A DNA stretch of 64,000 bases from NCBI GenBank assembly GCA_963840745.1, contig CAWJAC010000006.1, forward strand, positions 33,947 through 97,946. Reading direction: 5' to 3'. A program made the position numbers and the translations under genes. Shown here in pieces: positions 16,763 to 26,467 of the stretch (its first letter is position 1; each line of letters starts with the position of its first letter). A model generated the notes under the pieces. It was not told the origin of the DNA. It saw only the letters and a program-made list of their open reading frames with translations, and did no database searches. The DNA is from Candidatus Zambryskiibacteriota bacterium (GTDB lineage Bacteria; Patescibacteriota; Minisyncoccia; Phycocordibacterales; WO2-35-19).

Positions 16763-17674
16763 ATGACCACGACGACTCGAATTTTCGTGTTGTGCATGGT
16801 GGCCGTTGTGGTCACCGTGAGTGCGGTCGCGCAAGCACCGCAAAACTTCAATCGGCCGACGGCCGACGAACTCTTCAACCGCGCCGGCCTCACGGGTCCG
16901 CGCCACATCGCGTCTGCCATAGCGTCTGTCATGGCCGAAGTTAATGTCGCTGGGCAACCGCAGTTGGTGGAGCCCATTGCTGTTCTTCGCTCGCCGGGTA
17001 ACATCGTGTCGACGTCAACGGCACCGATTAACATTGACGTGAAGAAGGACTATGGGAGGTCAGTGTGGGTAGCTGGGGAGGTATACCGCAACGGCCAAAA
17101 GATCGGCGAAGCGGCATACGCGAACAAGAAGTACGCGCAGACCGCTTTCGGGCCCGGGTATTACACTTCCCTTACCGGCGGCGGCATCATTCCCTTTGAC
17201 GATGTGTCTACCGGCAACGCTGGGGACTGCACCATCGTGATCGTCCAGCTTTTTGACAGCGAGAACGGCGGCGCGCCCATTGGGCCGCCTATGACTACCA
17301 CGTTCTGGAATCGCGTCAAGCCCGTGTCTGCTGTTGCCCCGATGGTCGTGAACTCCGCCAGCATTTTGGCGGACGGCGCTTCCATGCAGGTGAACGGCAA
17401 CGGTTTTCCGACCGGCGGTCAGGCGATCATCGTCGAAACCGGGGATCCGGAGTGGGACAGCGGTTTTGTCGCCACCACCTCGGCCGACGGCAAGACCCTG
17501 CGTTTCGCAATCCCGACCGGCAAAACCGGCAACTTCCTCTATCCGAGGATGTGGGCGGCCCAGTCCAATTGGACTGTAGTCGTGACCACCCTGGACGGCA
17601 CGAGTGTAACCGCCCCCAACCTGCTCCAGGTTCAGGGCAACAGTCGCGACCTGACAGTCGCCCAAGTTCCATAA
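16763..17674 (+). CDS. Secreted protein with signal peptide and C-terminal IPT/TIG-like beta domain
   Basis: MTTTTRIFVLCMVAVVVTVSAVAQAP signal. Visibly GC-rich. Followed by a hairpin terminator (aaaacctcga...tcgaggtttttt). Confidence 0.7.
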   Translation: MTTTTRIFVLCMVAVVVTVSAVAQAPQNFNRPTADELFNRAGLTGPRHIASAIASVMAEVNVAGQPQLVEPIAVLRSPGNIVSTSTAPINIDVKKDYGRSVWVAGEVYRNGQKIGEAAYANKKYAQTAFGPGYYTSLTGGGIIPFDDVSTGNAGDCTIVIVQLFDSENGGAPIGPPMTTTFWNRVKPVSAVAPMVVNSASILADGASMQVNGNGFPTGGQAIIVETGDPEWDSGFVATTSADGKTLRFAIPTGKTGNFLYPRMWAAQSNWTVVVTTLDGTSVTAPNLLQVQGNSRDLTVAQVP

Positions 17675-17835
17675 CTTTCTCGCGCCAAACGGCGCTCGCT
17701 AACCAAAACCTCGATAGTATGGATTGTCTACGGACAGTTCATACCGTCGAGGTTTTTTCTTTATCCACTTTTTTTGTTGACCTCCAACCCGAACACTTAT
17801 ATAATATTTGTATATTTAATTTTATAAAATAATTT

Positions 17836-18369
17836 ATGGAAAATATTGAAAATAATCCATATCCTACTTCTTCCACTTCTCCTCGCAAAACAAACAAACG
17901 ACTAATTATTCTTGTTTGCATTTTGATAATTGCGGCTGCGGGCTGGGCTTATTATGCCTATAAAATCAAAAGTAAAAATAATGCAAGCCAACATCTGCCT
18001 CAAACTTTCTCGTTTACTGCCGAAACCAAACTTGCTTCTTCCCAGCTTCCCTCCGGATTTCCCAAAGATTTTCCGGCAAATAACGAAGTGGCATACGTTC
18101 TTTATAACTACAATGGCGAAACTAACGACAAGCTTGCGGGCGTGAGGGAATTTACCACCACAAGGTCGGTGCAGGAAGCTTACCAATTTTACCATAGTTA
18201 TTTTTCACAATTGGGATGGACAATGGACCCCTCCCAGCAACTGTCCACTAACCACATAGATACCTATGCGACGAATGGTTCATTTTACGCTTCCATCAAA
18301 ATCGACTCTTATCCCCAAGCTTCCAAACATGTGAAGGCACTGGTATTAATAGTCATTACTTCCGATTAA
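17836..18369 (+). CDS. Membrane-anchored hypothetical protein
   Basis: 177 aa; one TM segment (LIILVCILIIAAAGWAYYAY) after a polar N-terminus. Confidence 0.55.
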   Translation: MENIENNPYPTSSTSPRKTNKRLIILVCILIIAAAGWAYYAYKIKSKNNASQHLPQTFSFTAETKLASSQLPSGFPKDFPANNEVAYVLYNYNGETNDKLAGVREFTTTRSVQEAYQFYHSYFSQLGWTMDPSQQLSTNHIDTYATNGSFYASIKIDSYPQASKHVKALVLIVITSD

Positions 18370-18387
18370 AAGTAACTTATTTTTGCC

Positions 18388-20872
18388 ATGAAAAAATTTC
18401 AGTGGTTTCGCATAGCTGTTGGTTTTAGCCTATTTTTTAGCCTATTTTTATTTTTTGGCGCCAAGAGCCTGCATGCTGACAGCATTTGCAGCAACCCCAC
18501 TTGCAATACTGATTATTATTGCGACAACGGTACTTGCGTATGCAGCAGTCAATCGTTGTGCGGCAACAATTGCGATAACGGCAACGGCGTTTTATGCTCC
18601 GACGGCACTTGCGTTTCTGATGTTGCGGATTGTGGAGCCGGTCATGGGTGTCCGCAAGAAGCGCCGTGCTATGATAGCGGTAGCGGTACTTGTTGCGCTG
18701 CTGATCCCAACGGTTCCATTGGCTGTAGTCTAGGGTGCGGAGGAAGCACTGGAGGCGGTACGTGCACCGGCGATTCGGATTGCACCGGCGGCGCGCGTTG
18801 CGTAAACGGGGGTTGTACCACTGCTTGTACTGTGACGTGCAACAACAATTCGGATTGCGGGACGGATGAGTGGTGTGATGATCCGGGCGCTTGCGGAGCC
18901 TATTGCGTGTCTAATTTTGAACACAGCGTATGTGAAGGCTCTTCCTGTAGGACATATTCAGGCCCCGGTGACATGGACTGCGGTTCCGATGCCGATTGCG
19001 CTCCCAGTCCAACTTGCGTCAACGACGGCACTTGCCACAGCGGGGAAACCTGCAATCTTTGCCCCGTTGATTGCGGCGCCTGCATTGTTAACGGAGCCTG
19101 CCAAAATCCTCCCAACGGCAACATCTATGTTACGGCTCCGACCGGGACTTTATGCAGTAGCGGCATCGCTAGCCCTTCCACCCTTAGCGGCAGCGGCCCC
19201 TGGTCTTGGCAATGTACCAGCCCTAACGGTGGCACCACTGCTTCCTGTTCCGCCTCCGTTCCCAATCAGCCCACGCCCACATTACCGCTACCCCGGACTT
19301 CCTGCCAAGCACAGGAGGCGCCACCCAAGTTTACGCGGCTTCTACCAATGCCAATAATTGTTATGTGACTTCCAGCCCCACTGTGGACGCGGGGTTCTGG
19401 ACAACGCTTGGGCCATACACATACAATCCTTACATAAACATCTCCGATGTAACCCAAACTACCGTTTTTACCGAAACCTGCACCTATAACAGCCCGGCTT
19501 ATCCCTACTACATTCTTGGCCCCGTGACCAGTTCCGTGACGGTCAGTGTCGGTACAATCATTGGAACTTTAACCCCCTGCGAAACCGATATGTGTGCCAT
19601 GACTTATTATGGCGACGGGACAAATCCGGCCAACGCCACCTATCTTTACTATCCGTCCCATGATCAAATGATTTCCAGTTATTGTATTCCAGTATACGAC
19701 AATTGCAGCAGCCCGGCTTACAACATCAACGGCACGAATTATTGGATTAGGGAAGGCGGCAAAGACACCACGACTTGTTTAAACCTGCAAACGCCGGTTC
19801 CGGCTTGCGTGGTTCCTCCTCCGACCGGTCTTACCGGCACTTGTCCTTCTCCGAACACCACGGCCAACTTGAGTTGGACTGCTCCTTCGGGCTACAATAC
19901 TTTTTATGTTCGCTTAAATTCCACTGAAATGGCGGTTATACATGGCCGATTCCGAGCGGAATATCCACGTCAGTCACTGGTACCACATGGAATCCTCCAA
20001 CCACCGCGGGTCAAACTTACTCTTGGTGGGTGAGTACCGCCGGCCCAAGTGGAACTTACAGCAGCGATGCTGTTGGAAGTATCAGTTGTATCACTATCCC
20101 CACCACTCCCACCGGCCTCTCGGTCACTCCCAGCACCTGCGGCAACAACTGGCTCAACATTTCTTGGAACGCTTCTGCCGGAGCCACTTCATATCAGGTC
20201 TATCGCGATGGAGGACCTTTTCCTGTCTACAACGGATCAAGTCTGGCTTTCTCTGACACCGGACTTGCTTTAGGATCAAATCATTCATATACAGTTAAAG
20301 CTACAAACGCGCAAGGTTCTTCATCTTTAAGTGCTTCGGTGTCTAATACAGTAGCGTCTGCCTGTGCGGTTGCCACTGCCAATATAAGTGCTGATTCAAA
20401 TAGTATTCCATACAATACCTCTACCACTTTGCATTGGTCATACTCCAATGCCACTTCCTGCACCATTACTCCACCGGCTACTATCGGAGGTTATCCAAGC
20501 GGTTCGGGCAGTGTTTCCACCGGCAATTTAACAGTTAGCAGAACGTACACCATTTCTTGCAACCCCGGGAATACAAATTCCAGCGCTACAATTAATGTTA
20601 CAGGCGGGTCAAATGATTTATGTATTACAAAGTCAGGGCAAGGGACGGTTACTCTTAATCCTGTGGGAACACCGGATTCAACTTGTTGGAGTTATGGTTC
20701 AGGCGCTACAGTTCAACTTACTGAAAATCCTGGATCAGGCAGGGTATTTACCGGGTGGGGAGGTGACTGTGCTTCCTTTGCTAAAAGTGTAAGCTGTAAT
20801 TTAATAATGAATACCTCCAAAAGTGTTATTGCCAACTTCATGGTAATAGATCCTAATTACAAGGAGTTTTAA
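18388..20872 (+). CDS. Large secreted cysteine-rich protein with FN3-like and InlB B-repeat-like C-terminal domains; two frame changes as assembled
   Basis: Signal peptide, then dense Cys repeats (CDNGTCVC, CTGDSDCTGGARCVNGGC). FN3-like segment LSVTPSTCGNNWLNISWNASAGATSYQVYRDG. C-terminal GRVFTGWGGDC...VIANF. Frame switches near 19260-19285 and 19926-19930 (gaaatgg, an A-run). Confidence 0.7.
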
Positions 20873-20877
20873 ACTTC

Positions 20878-21243
20878 GTGAATGTTTTTGTATTTGGAAA
20901 TATAAATTTAGACAATGATTCGCTGCCATTGCGAATTTTGCCGCGGCTGCAGGAGAAGTTTCCCGATATTGAGTTTGAAATTAGGGATCCAAACGAAGAG
21001 TGGGAGGTACCGGAAGAGTTTGTCATTATTGACACCGTTATTGGTATAAAAGGAGTAAGGGTTTTTAAAACTTTGGATAAATTTTTGTCTGCGCCTCGGG
21101 TCTCAATGCACGACTTTGATTTTTTAACTAATCTGCAATATCTATCCAAGCTCGGCAAAATTAAAAAAATAAAAATCATCGGCGTGCCGCCGGATATGAA
21201 AGAATCAGAAGCTATAAAAAAAGTGAGCGCTATCTTGCGATAG
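20878..21243 (+). CDS. Hydrogenase maturation endopeptidase-like protein
   Basis: VFVFGNINLDNDSLPLRI...EFVIIDTV...SMHDFD resembles the HycI/HoxW pattern. Adjacent to hydrogenase genes. Confidence 0.55.
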   Translation: MNVFVFGNINLDNDSLPLRILPRLQEKFPDIEFEIRDPNEEWEVPEEFVIIDTVIGIKGVRVFKTLDKFLSAPRVSMHDFDFLTNLQYLSKLGKIKKIKIIGVPPDMKESEAIKKVSAILR

Positions 21244-21646
21244 CGCCCTGCTCGACTTTTTCTATGGGGATTAGTTTGTGCAGATAAACTCTGTCCCCTT
21301 TTTTGAGATCCAAATTGTAAATGTTTGGTTTGTAAAGTCTTGTGCCTTCACAATCCATTAAGACACTCAGAGTTATTTTGTTGGCAGAAACTACAAAGGC
21401 AACTTTCGTCGCACAATCGCCACCGGAGCCCTGGTGTTGATGCCAATATTCAGCGACAGTCGGAAAATTAAGCGATTCCCGAAAAGCTTTCGGAAAACAA
21501 CGTTCCAGAAGCTCTGGGGCCGGCTTCATTTTATTTTCTACCAGCCATTTCAAGTTCCCGAAATCTTCCTGGCTTATTTTACCAGCTCGTAACTTGTTTT
21601 CGGCACAAACCCAGGCATAACGCATAAAAAGCAAACCATTGCTCAT
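21230..21646 (-). CDS. Hypothetical protein; C-terminal part resembles the 11429-12161 protein
   Basis: AAAGGAG SD. EYWHQHQGSGGDCATKV / KKGDRVYLH loosely parallel NIWQQAGHNDLL...CRISSG / KPGQIVSIHW. By-eye similarity only. Confidence 0.45.
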   Translation of the reverse strand: MSNGLLFMRYAWVCAENKLRAGKISQEDFGNLKWLVENKMKPAPELLERCFPKAFRESLNFPTVAEYWHQHQGSGGDCATKVAFVVSANKITLSVLMDCEGTRLYKPNIYNLDLKKGDRVYLHKLIPIEKVEQGAIAR

Positions 21647-21659
21647 GACGAACTCCTTT

Positions 21660-22969
21660 CTATTTCCACTTTACCTTAAGAAAATGCGAAGCGCAAGACA
21701 TACAGGGGTCGTAAGCACGGATTAATTTTTCCATTTCAAAAGTAGATTTTATTTTTGTCCTCAACATATTCTGGTTTTTCTATCAAACTCTGAACCAAAA
21801 CACCAATATCTCTTTCTATATTTATTTGATTTTGACCGGTCGGCACCACCACTTCGCCTTCTTTGATTTTACCATTGCTTCCCAAAACAATTTTGTGATA
21901 AAGAGTGCCGCGCGGCGCTTCCACTACGCCTATTCCAACCGCATTTTTCTTGGCCTCGCCTTTTATAATATCTTCGTGTACAAATTTATTATTTGAAAGA
22001 ATATCAATCGATTCATCTACGCTGTGCAATATTTCAATGGCTTGAGCTAAGTTGTTGTAATAAATGTCTGTTGACGGAAAAAGTTTGAGAGATTCGGCGG
22101 CTGATTCCTTTGTTTTGGCATGCAATTTGTCTTTTGTAAATTGAGTACGAGCCAAAGCTGCCCACCATATATCCTTCACCTTCGTATGTATAGCCCATAG
22201 CTTCGGAATAAGGTATGACGGTGTTTTCCAAATGAAAGCGGAAATCTTTTTCTTCTATTTTTTTCCCATCACTTGCTTCAATAATACCTTGTATATATCC
22301 AAAAGAATTTTCCGGCACTAGGGCGATATATTTGGTCTTGCGGTCAAAATGGTTGGGTGCGTTTTTAAAAATTTCTATAAGTCTCAAGACTGCCGGCCTT
22401 ATATTTTGCAATTTACTAATCGCTTCATTTACACCGGTCTTGATCGGGGAAATGCAAAAAGCCGCCTATGACAGGGTTGGTGGCATGAACGCTTCCGCCC
22501 GGCAATAAGGGTTGCCAGGAAGTTGCCGGCAGACTTGGTGTCAAAGCCGTCATGAAGGAGCTGGTGCTCTACCGGATTATTTTCGTCGAAATCAAGAAAA
22601 GCATCTTTGCCAAAAATATCTGGCATGGAAAATAAATATAAGTGCAGAGCATGATCACGAATCATAAGCCCGTGCATAACCAGAGTTCGCAGGAGCATTG
22701 TTTGCGGAGAAGGAGTGATATTAAGCGCATTTTCACAAGCTTCTATACTGCACATGATGTGGGCGTTGGAGCAGGTGCCGCAAATGCGCGCCAGGTGGGC
22801 GGGGAATGGCGGCGATATCTTTGCCTTTCATGGCCTCAGTAAAAAATCTTTTGTATTCAGTGATGGCAAATTTAACGTCAGTCACTTTGCCGTCAACCAC
22901 TTTCAAATTGAGGGTGGCGTTGCCCTCGATTTTGGTTATATGTTCAAGCGATAAATCAAATGTGTGCAT
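21660..22969 (-). pseudogene. [NiFe]-hydrogenase large subunit, eroded (at least five frame changes)
   Basis: N-terminal ITKIEGNATLNLKVVDGKV. RICGTCSNAH motif (read from the underlying sequence) in a second frame, beginning just upstream of ORF 22429-22755 and ending at that ORF's M. Then SVHATNPVIGGF, LARTQFTKDKL...VEAPRGTLYH, and the C-terminal DPCMSCASH, each in a different frame. Frames of the pieces run 1,0,x,1,0,2. Confidence 0.8.
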
Positions 22970-23453
22970 GTTGTGGTCGTAATTCTGCTACTAATGCGTT
23001 AACTTTTTCCAAAAAAACCTCTGGGCTCATGGGACAGCCGGGTATTTCAACATCAACTTTGATCACGTCTGAAACTTTTTTGACTTCGGCAGACAAGCCG
23101 AATTTGGTAACCAAAAAATCAATATTTTCTTTTTGTTCTGGTGTAAAATTATTTCTCTGGCTGGCCGGAAGCCCAGAAACGGCGCAAGCGCCGACGGCCA
23201 CAACTTTTTTTGAAATATTCCTGATTTCTTTTATTTTATCTTCCTGCTCTTGCGAAGCGACAGCTCCCTCGATAAAAGCAATATCAAACTCATCAAAAGT
23301 ATTTTTTGACTGAAAAATACGCACATGGCGGAAATCAAAAATCTTTTTCCACTCCTGCCAATGGTCGTTGAGCACCTCTGTCATCACAATAGTATTATCC
23401 TCGCAGCAACTAAACGAAAACCATCCGATTTTGATTTTATCATTTTCCATCAT
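22956..23453 (-). CDS. [NiFe]-hydrogenase small subunit, cytoplasmic (group 3-like, HoxY/delta type)
   Basis: 165 aa with no signal peptide. FSFSCCEDN...GACAVSG...EIPGCPMSPE cysteine pattern of the NuoB-like small subunit. Confidence 0.7.
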   Translation of the reverse strand: MMENDKIKIGWFSFSCCEDNTIVMTEVLNDHWQEWKKIFDFRHVRIFQSKNTFDEFDIAFIEGAVASQEQEDKIKEIRNISKKVVAVGACAVSGLPASQRNNFTPEQKENIDFLVTKFGLSAEVKKVSDVIKVDVEIPGCPMSPEVFLEKVNALVAELRPQHAHI

Positions 23454-23475
23454 TTTTATTATATCACGTCAAAAA

Positions 23476-24144
23476 TTAATCAAGAGTGTCAAAGGTTCCC
23501 TTTGACACTATCCTTTTATATAATTTTGTGTTTTCATTTATGAAATTTTTGGTGCCCCCAAATATTTCGGTTAGAAATTGTTTGTGAACTATATGGTTTT
23601 TTCTATCAAAAATAAAATCATTATAACTGCTCCATTTGTATTCTTGCGGTTCATTCACAACTTTATCTTTTACTGGGTTCATATGAATATAGGAAGAGAT
23701 GAGCATCAATTGCGGATCAGTTTTTATTGGTACAGCTTTGAAAGCATCTTGAAAAACATGCCCAACTCTTTTGTGTTTTAGGTTTATGTATTTGGAGAAA
23801 CTGGTAAATACTTTTAATACAAGTTTTGAAATTGATTCCTCCCCACATTGTTCTATTAAAAGATGTATGTGATTTGGCATTAAACAGAAAGCATGTAATT
23901 TAAAACTTTTTGATTCTAAACTTTCTATTCTTATCCTTGATTTGGGGGATTTGGTTATTTCACTTTTATTTAAATCTCCTTTTTCAATCCCAAGACCCAA
24001 CCCTAATCTGAAAAGGAAAGCTCGATAGTCCTGTTCATCGCGGAATATGATCTCCTTGTTATTCCCACGGTTATAAAGATGATATATAGAACCTTTGGCA
24101 AAGTTTTTATAATCTCTGTTTCCCATACCATAGTTATACCACAA
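23476..24144 (-). CDS. IS200-like Y1 transposase of the REP-associated (RAYT) type
   Basis: FCLMPNHIHLLIE (HUH motif) and SSYIHMNPVK (catalytic Tyr region). Flanked on both sides by the same hairpin. Confidence 0.8.
   Translation of the reverse strand: MWYNYGMGNRDYKNFAKGSIYHLYNRGNNKEIIFRDEQDYRAFLFRLGLGLGIEKGDLNKSEITKSPKSRIRIESLESKSFKLHAFCLMPNHIHLLIEQCGEESISKLVLKVFTSFSKYINLKHKRVGHVFQDAFKAVPIKTDPQLMLISSYIHMNPVKDKVVNEPQEYKWSSYNDFIFDRKNHIVHKQFLTEIFGGTKNFINENTKLYKRIVSKGTFDTLD
23485..23509. repeat. REP hairpin, left of RAYT: agtgtcaaagg ttc cctttgacact
   Basis: Perfect 11-bp arms. Overlaps the RAYT stop region (codes VSKGTFDTL). Confidence 0.85.
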
Positions 24145-24150
24145 ATAGAA

Positions 24151-24172
24151 GTGTCAAAGGTTCCCTTTGACA
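24151..24172. repeat. REP hairpin, right of RAYT: gtgtcaaagg ttc cctttgacat
   Basis: Same core as 23485-23509; 9-10 bp arms. Confidence 0.85.
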
Positions 24173-24229
24173 TCTTTCGGTTATAGCAAATCTTGTGCTT
24201 GGGCGCACAGTTAGTGTTATAATAATTTT

Positions 24230-25684
24230 ATGTCTGAGAATATACATAGTGAAATATTTACCATAGGCGTCGGCGGGGCGGCCGGAGATGGTGTCAAAAG
24301 GATTGGCGGCAATATAGGGTCGCTTTTGCGCGATATGGGATTTGAAGTTTATTTGTCAGTGGAATATCCATCGCTTATTCGTGGTGGCCACAATTTTGTC
24401 CGCTTGAGTTGTAGTAAAAATAAGGTTTGGAATGACTATTCTAAACTGGATATTTTGGTCTGCTTGAACGAAGAAACTAAAGAAATTCATAAAGATGAAT
24501 TAAAAGAGGGCGCGTGGGTTCTTTCCGGTTTAACTCCAGAAGAAATTTCTGTAAAAATTAAAGAATTTTTAAATGAAAAAGGATTAACCGCCTCCGCTCT
24601 AAGCTTCGGCACGTCGAAGGAACTAATAGATGGCAACAAAGCTTTTAGCAAAGGTCTTATGGCGGCTGGTCTTGATTTTTATATCGCTTATCCTATGACT
24701 CCGGCCACTTCTATTTTGCATTATCTGGCAAGCAAGCAGACACCGGGCGGACTTAAAGTAATTCAGCCGGAGAATGAAATCTCTGTTATAAACATGGCTC
24801 TTGGTGCAGTTTATGCAGGCAAAAGAACGGCGGTCGGATCTGCAACGGGTGGTTTTGCTTTGATGCAGGAAGCTTTTAGTTTTGCGGGTCAGGCTGAGCT
24901 ACCGCTCGTGGTGGCTGTTTGCCAAAGACAGGCGCCGGCGACAGGTGTGCCGACCCGTTCTTCCCAATCAGATTTGAGATTTGTTATACACGCCGGTCAT
25001 GGCGAGTTTCCTAGAATTGTTATTGCCCCCGGAGATCCGGAGGAATGTTTCAGGGCCGGCGCTGATGCTCTAAACCTGGCTTGGAAATTCCAAACTCCAG
25101 TAATTGTTTTGCTTGATAAAATTTTATCCGAACATATGATGAGTCTTCCCGCTGCCGATATTGCAGGTGCTTTGCAAGCAGACCCTCCAAGTCCAATGGT
25201 TTTTCCGGGCACTCCCAATGTGGTGGTCAAAGTAACGAGTTATGAACATGACGAGGAAGGTCTGACTACCGACAGAGCTGAGGATGTAAAGAAAAATGTA
25301 GAAAAAAGATTTGAAAAGATGGCAAAGATTGAAGAAGAAATGAAAAATAAAGATAGCGTAAAAATTTACGGAGATGCAGATAGTGAAAATGTTATTGTCT
25401 TTTTTGGCTCTACTAAAAGTCCGGTTCTTGAAGCATCAAAATATTTTGATAAGCCAACCAAACTTTTGCAGATTGTTTGGCTTGAGCCATTTGATACAGA
25501 AAGAGTTAAAAAAGAACTTGAGGGCAAGCGGATGATTTGTGTTGAAGGAAATCACAATGGCCAACTAGCCTCACTTATTCGTGAAAAAACAAGTATTGAA
25601 ATAAAAGATAAAATTTTGAAGTACGATTCATCGCCTTTTGATCCATTGGAATTAGCCAAACAAATAAACATAATATGGAACTAA
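24230..25684 (+). CDS. 2-oxoacid:ferredoxin oxidoreductase, fused gamma-alpha subunit
   Basis: 484 aa. N-terminal gamma-like FTIGVGGAAGDGV, then the alpha domain (AYPMTPATSIL). Confidence 0.8.
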   Translation: MSENIHSEIFTIGVGGAAGDGVKRIGGNIGSLLRDMGFEVYLSVEYPSLIRGGHNFVRLSCSKNKVWNDYSKLDILVCLNEETKEIHKDELKEGAWVLSGLTPEEISVKIKEFLNEKGLTASALSFGTSKELIDGNKAFSKGLMAAGLDFYIAYPMTPATSILHYLASKQTPGGLKVIQPENEISVINMALGAVYAGKRTAVGSATGGFALMQEAFSFAGQAELPLVVAVCQRQAPATGVPTRSSQSDLRFVIHAGHGEFPRIVIAPGDPEECFRAGADALNLAWKFQTPVIVLLDKILSEHMMSLPAADIAGALQADPPSPMVFPGTPNVVVKVTSYEHDEEGLTTDRAEDVKKNVEKRFEKMAKIEEEMKNKDSVKIYGDADSENVIVFFGSTKSPVLEASKYFDKPTKLLQIVWLEPFDTERVKKELEGKRMICVEGNHNGQLASLIREKTSIEIKDKILKYDSSPFDPLELAKQINIIWN

Positions 25685-26467
25685 AAGATCTGACAACAAA
25701 AGTAAAAATAACGTGGTGCCCGGGTTGCCCAAACTCGCAGATTTTGGTTGCTTTCAGGCAAGCCGTCAAAGAGTTGGTTGAAAATGGTAATTTAAATATT
25801 GAGAATCTGGTGGCTTTCGCTGGTATAGGCTGTCATGGCAAAATTTCAGATTATATAAATATCAATTCTTTCACATCTCTCCATGGTCGGCTCATTCCGG
25901 CTATGACAGGCGCCAAATGCGCCAATCGGAACCTGACCATTGTCGGCTTTTCCGGTGATGGCGATTCTTACGACGAAGGCATTGAACATTTGATTCACGC
26001 CGCTAAAAGAAATTCAGATATAAATCTTTTTGTTCATGACAATCGTGTTTTTGCTCTGACTACCGGCCAATTTGATGCCATGAGTCCCAAGGGATTTAAA
26101 AGCAAATCAACCCCATTTGGCAGTATTGAAGAGCCATTTAACCCGCTGCTCCTCATGCTTGCCTCTGGAGCCACATTTGTGGCGCGCACTTATGCTGGAG
26201 ATATTTCCGGCACAAAAAAAATAATGCAGGCCGCTATTGCTCACAAAGGATTTTCATATGTGGATATTATTCAGCCTTGTCTTACTTTTTACGATACTCG
26301 AGATTATTTTAAGAAAAAGGTTTATTGGCTGCACGGAAGATTTTCCCAAATACGATCTGAAAGCGGCAATGGAAAAAGTGCAGGAAAATGAGGACGAGAA
26401 AGTTCCGCTGGGAATATTTTATGAAGTACAAAAACCGACATTTGAAGAAGAATTATGGAAAATTTAG
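25675..26467 (+). CDS. 2-oxoacid:ferredoxin oxidoreductase beta (TPP-binding) subunit, one frame change near 26320-26340
   Basis: WCPGCPNSQIL, GIGCHGK, GDGDSYDEG. The C-terminus EDFPKYDLKAAMEKV...FEEELWKI continues in the frame of ORF 26237-26467. Confidence 0.8.

Noticed and set aside
16661-17672. Several long ORFs on both strands overlapping the 16763-17674 gene (for example 17060-17665 minus, 16750-17034 minus, 17452-17832 plus).
   Set aside because: They lie in a GC-rich segment where stop codons are rare. They have no SD or promoter, and their products are Arg/Gly/Pro-rich low-complexity. Only the plus-strand ORF has a promoter, SD, signal peptide and terminator.
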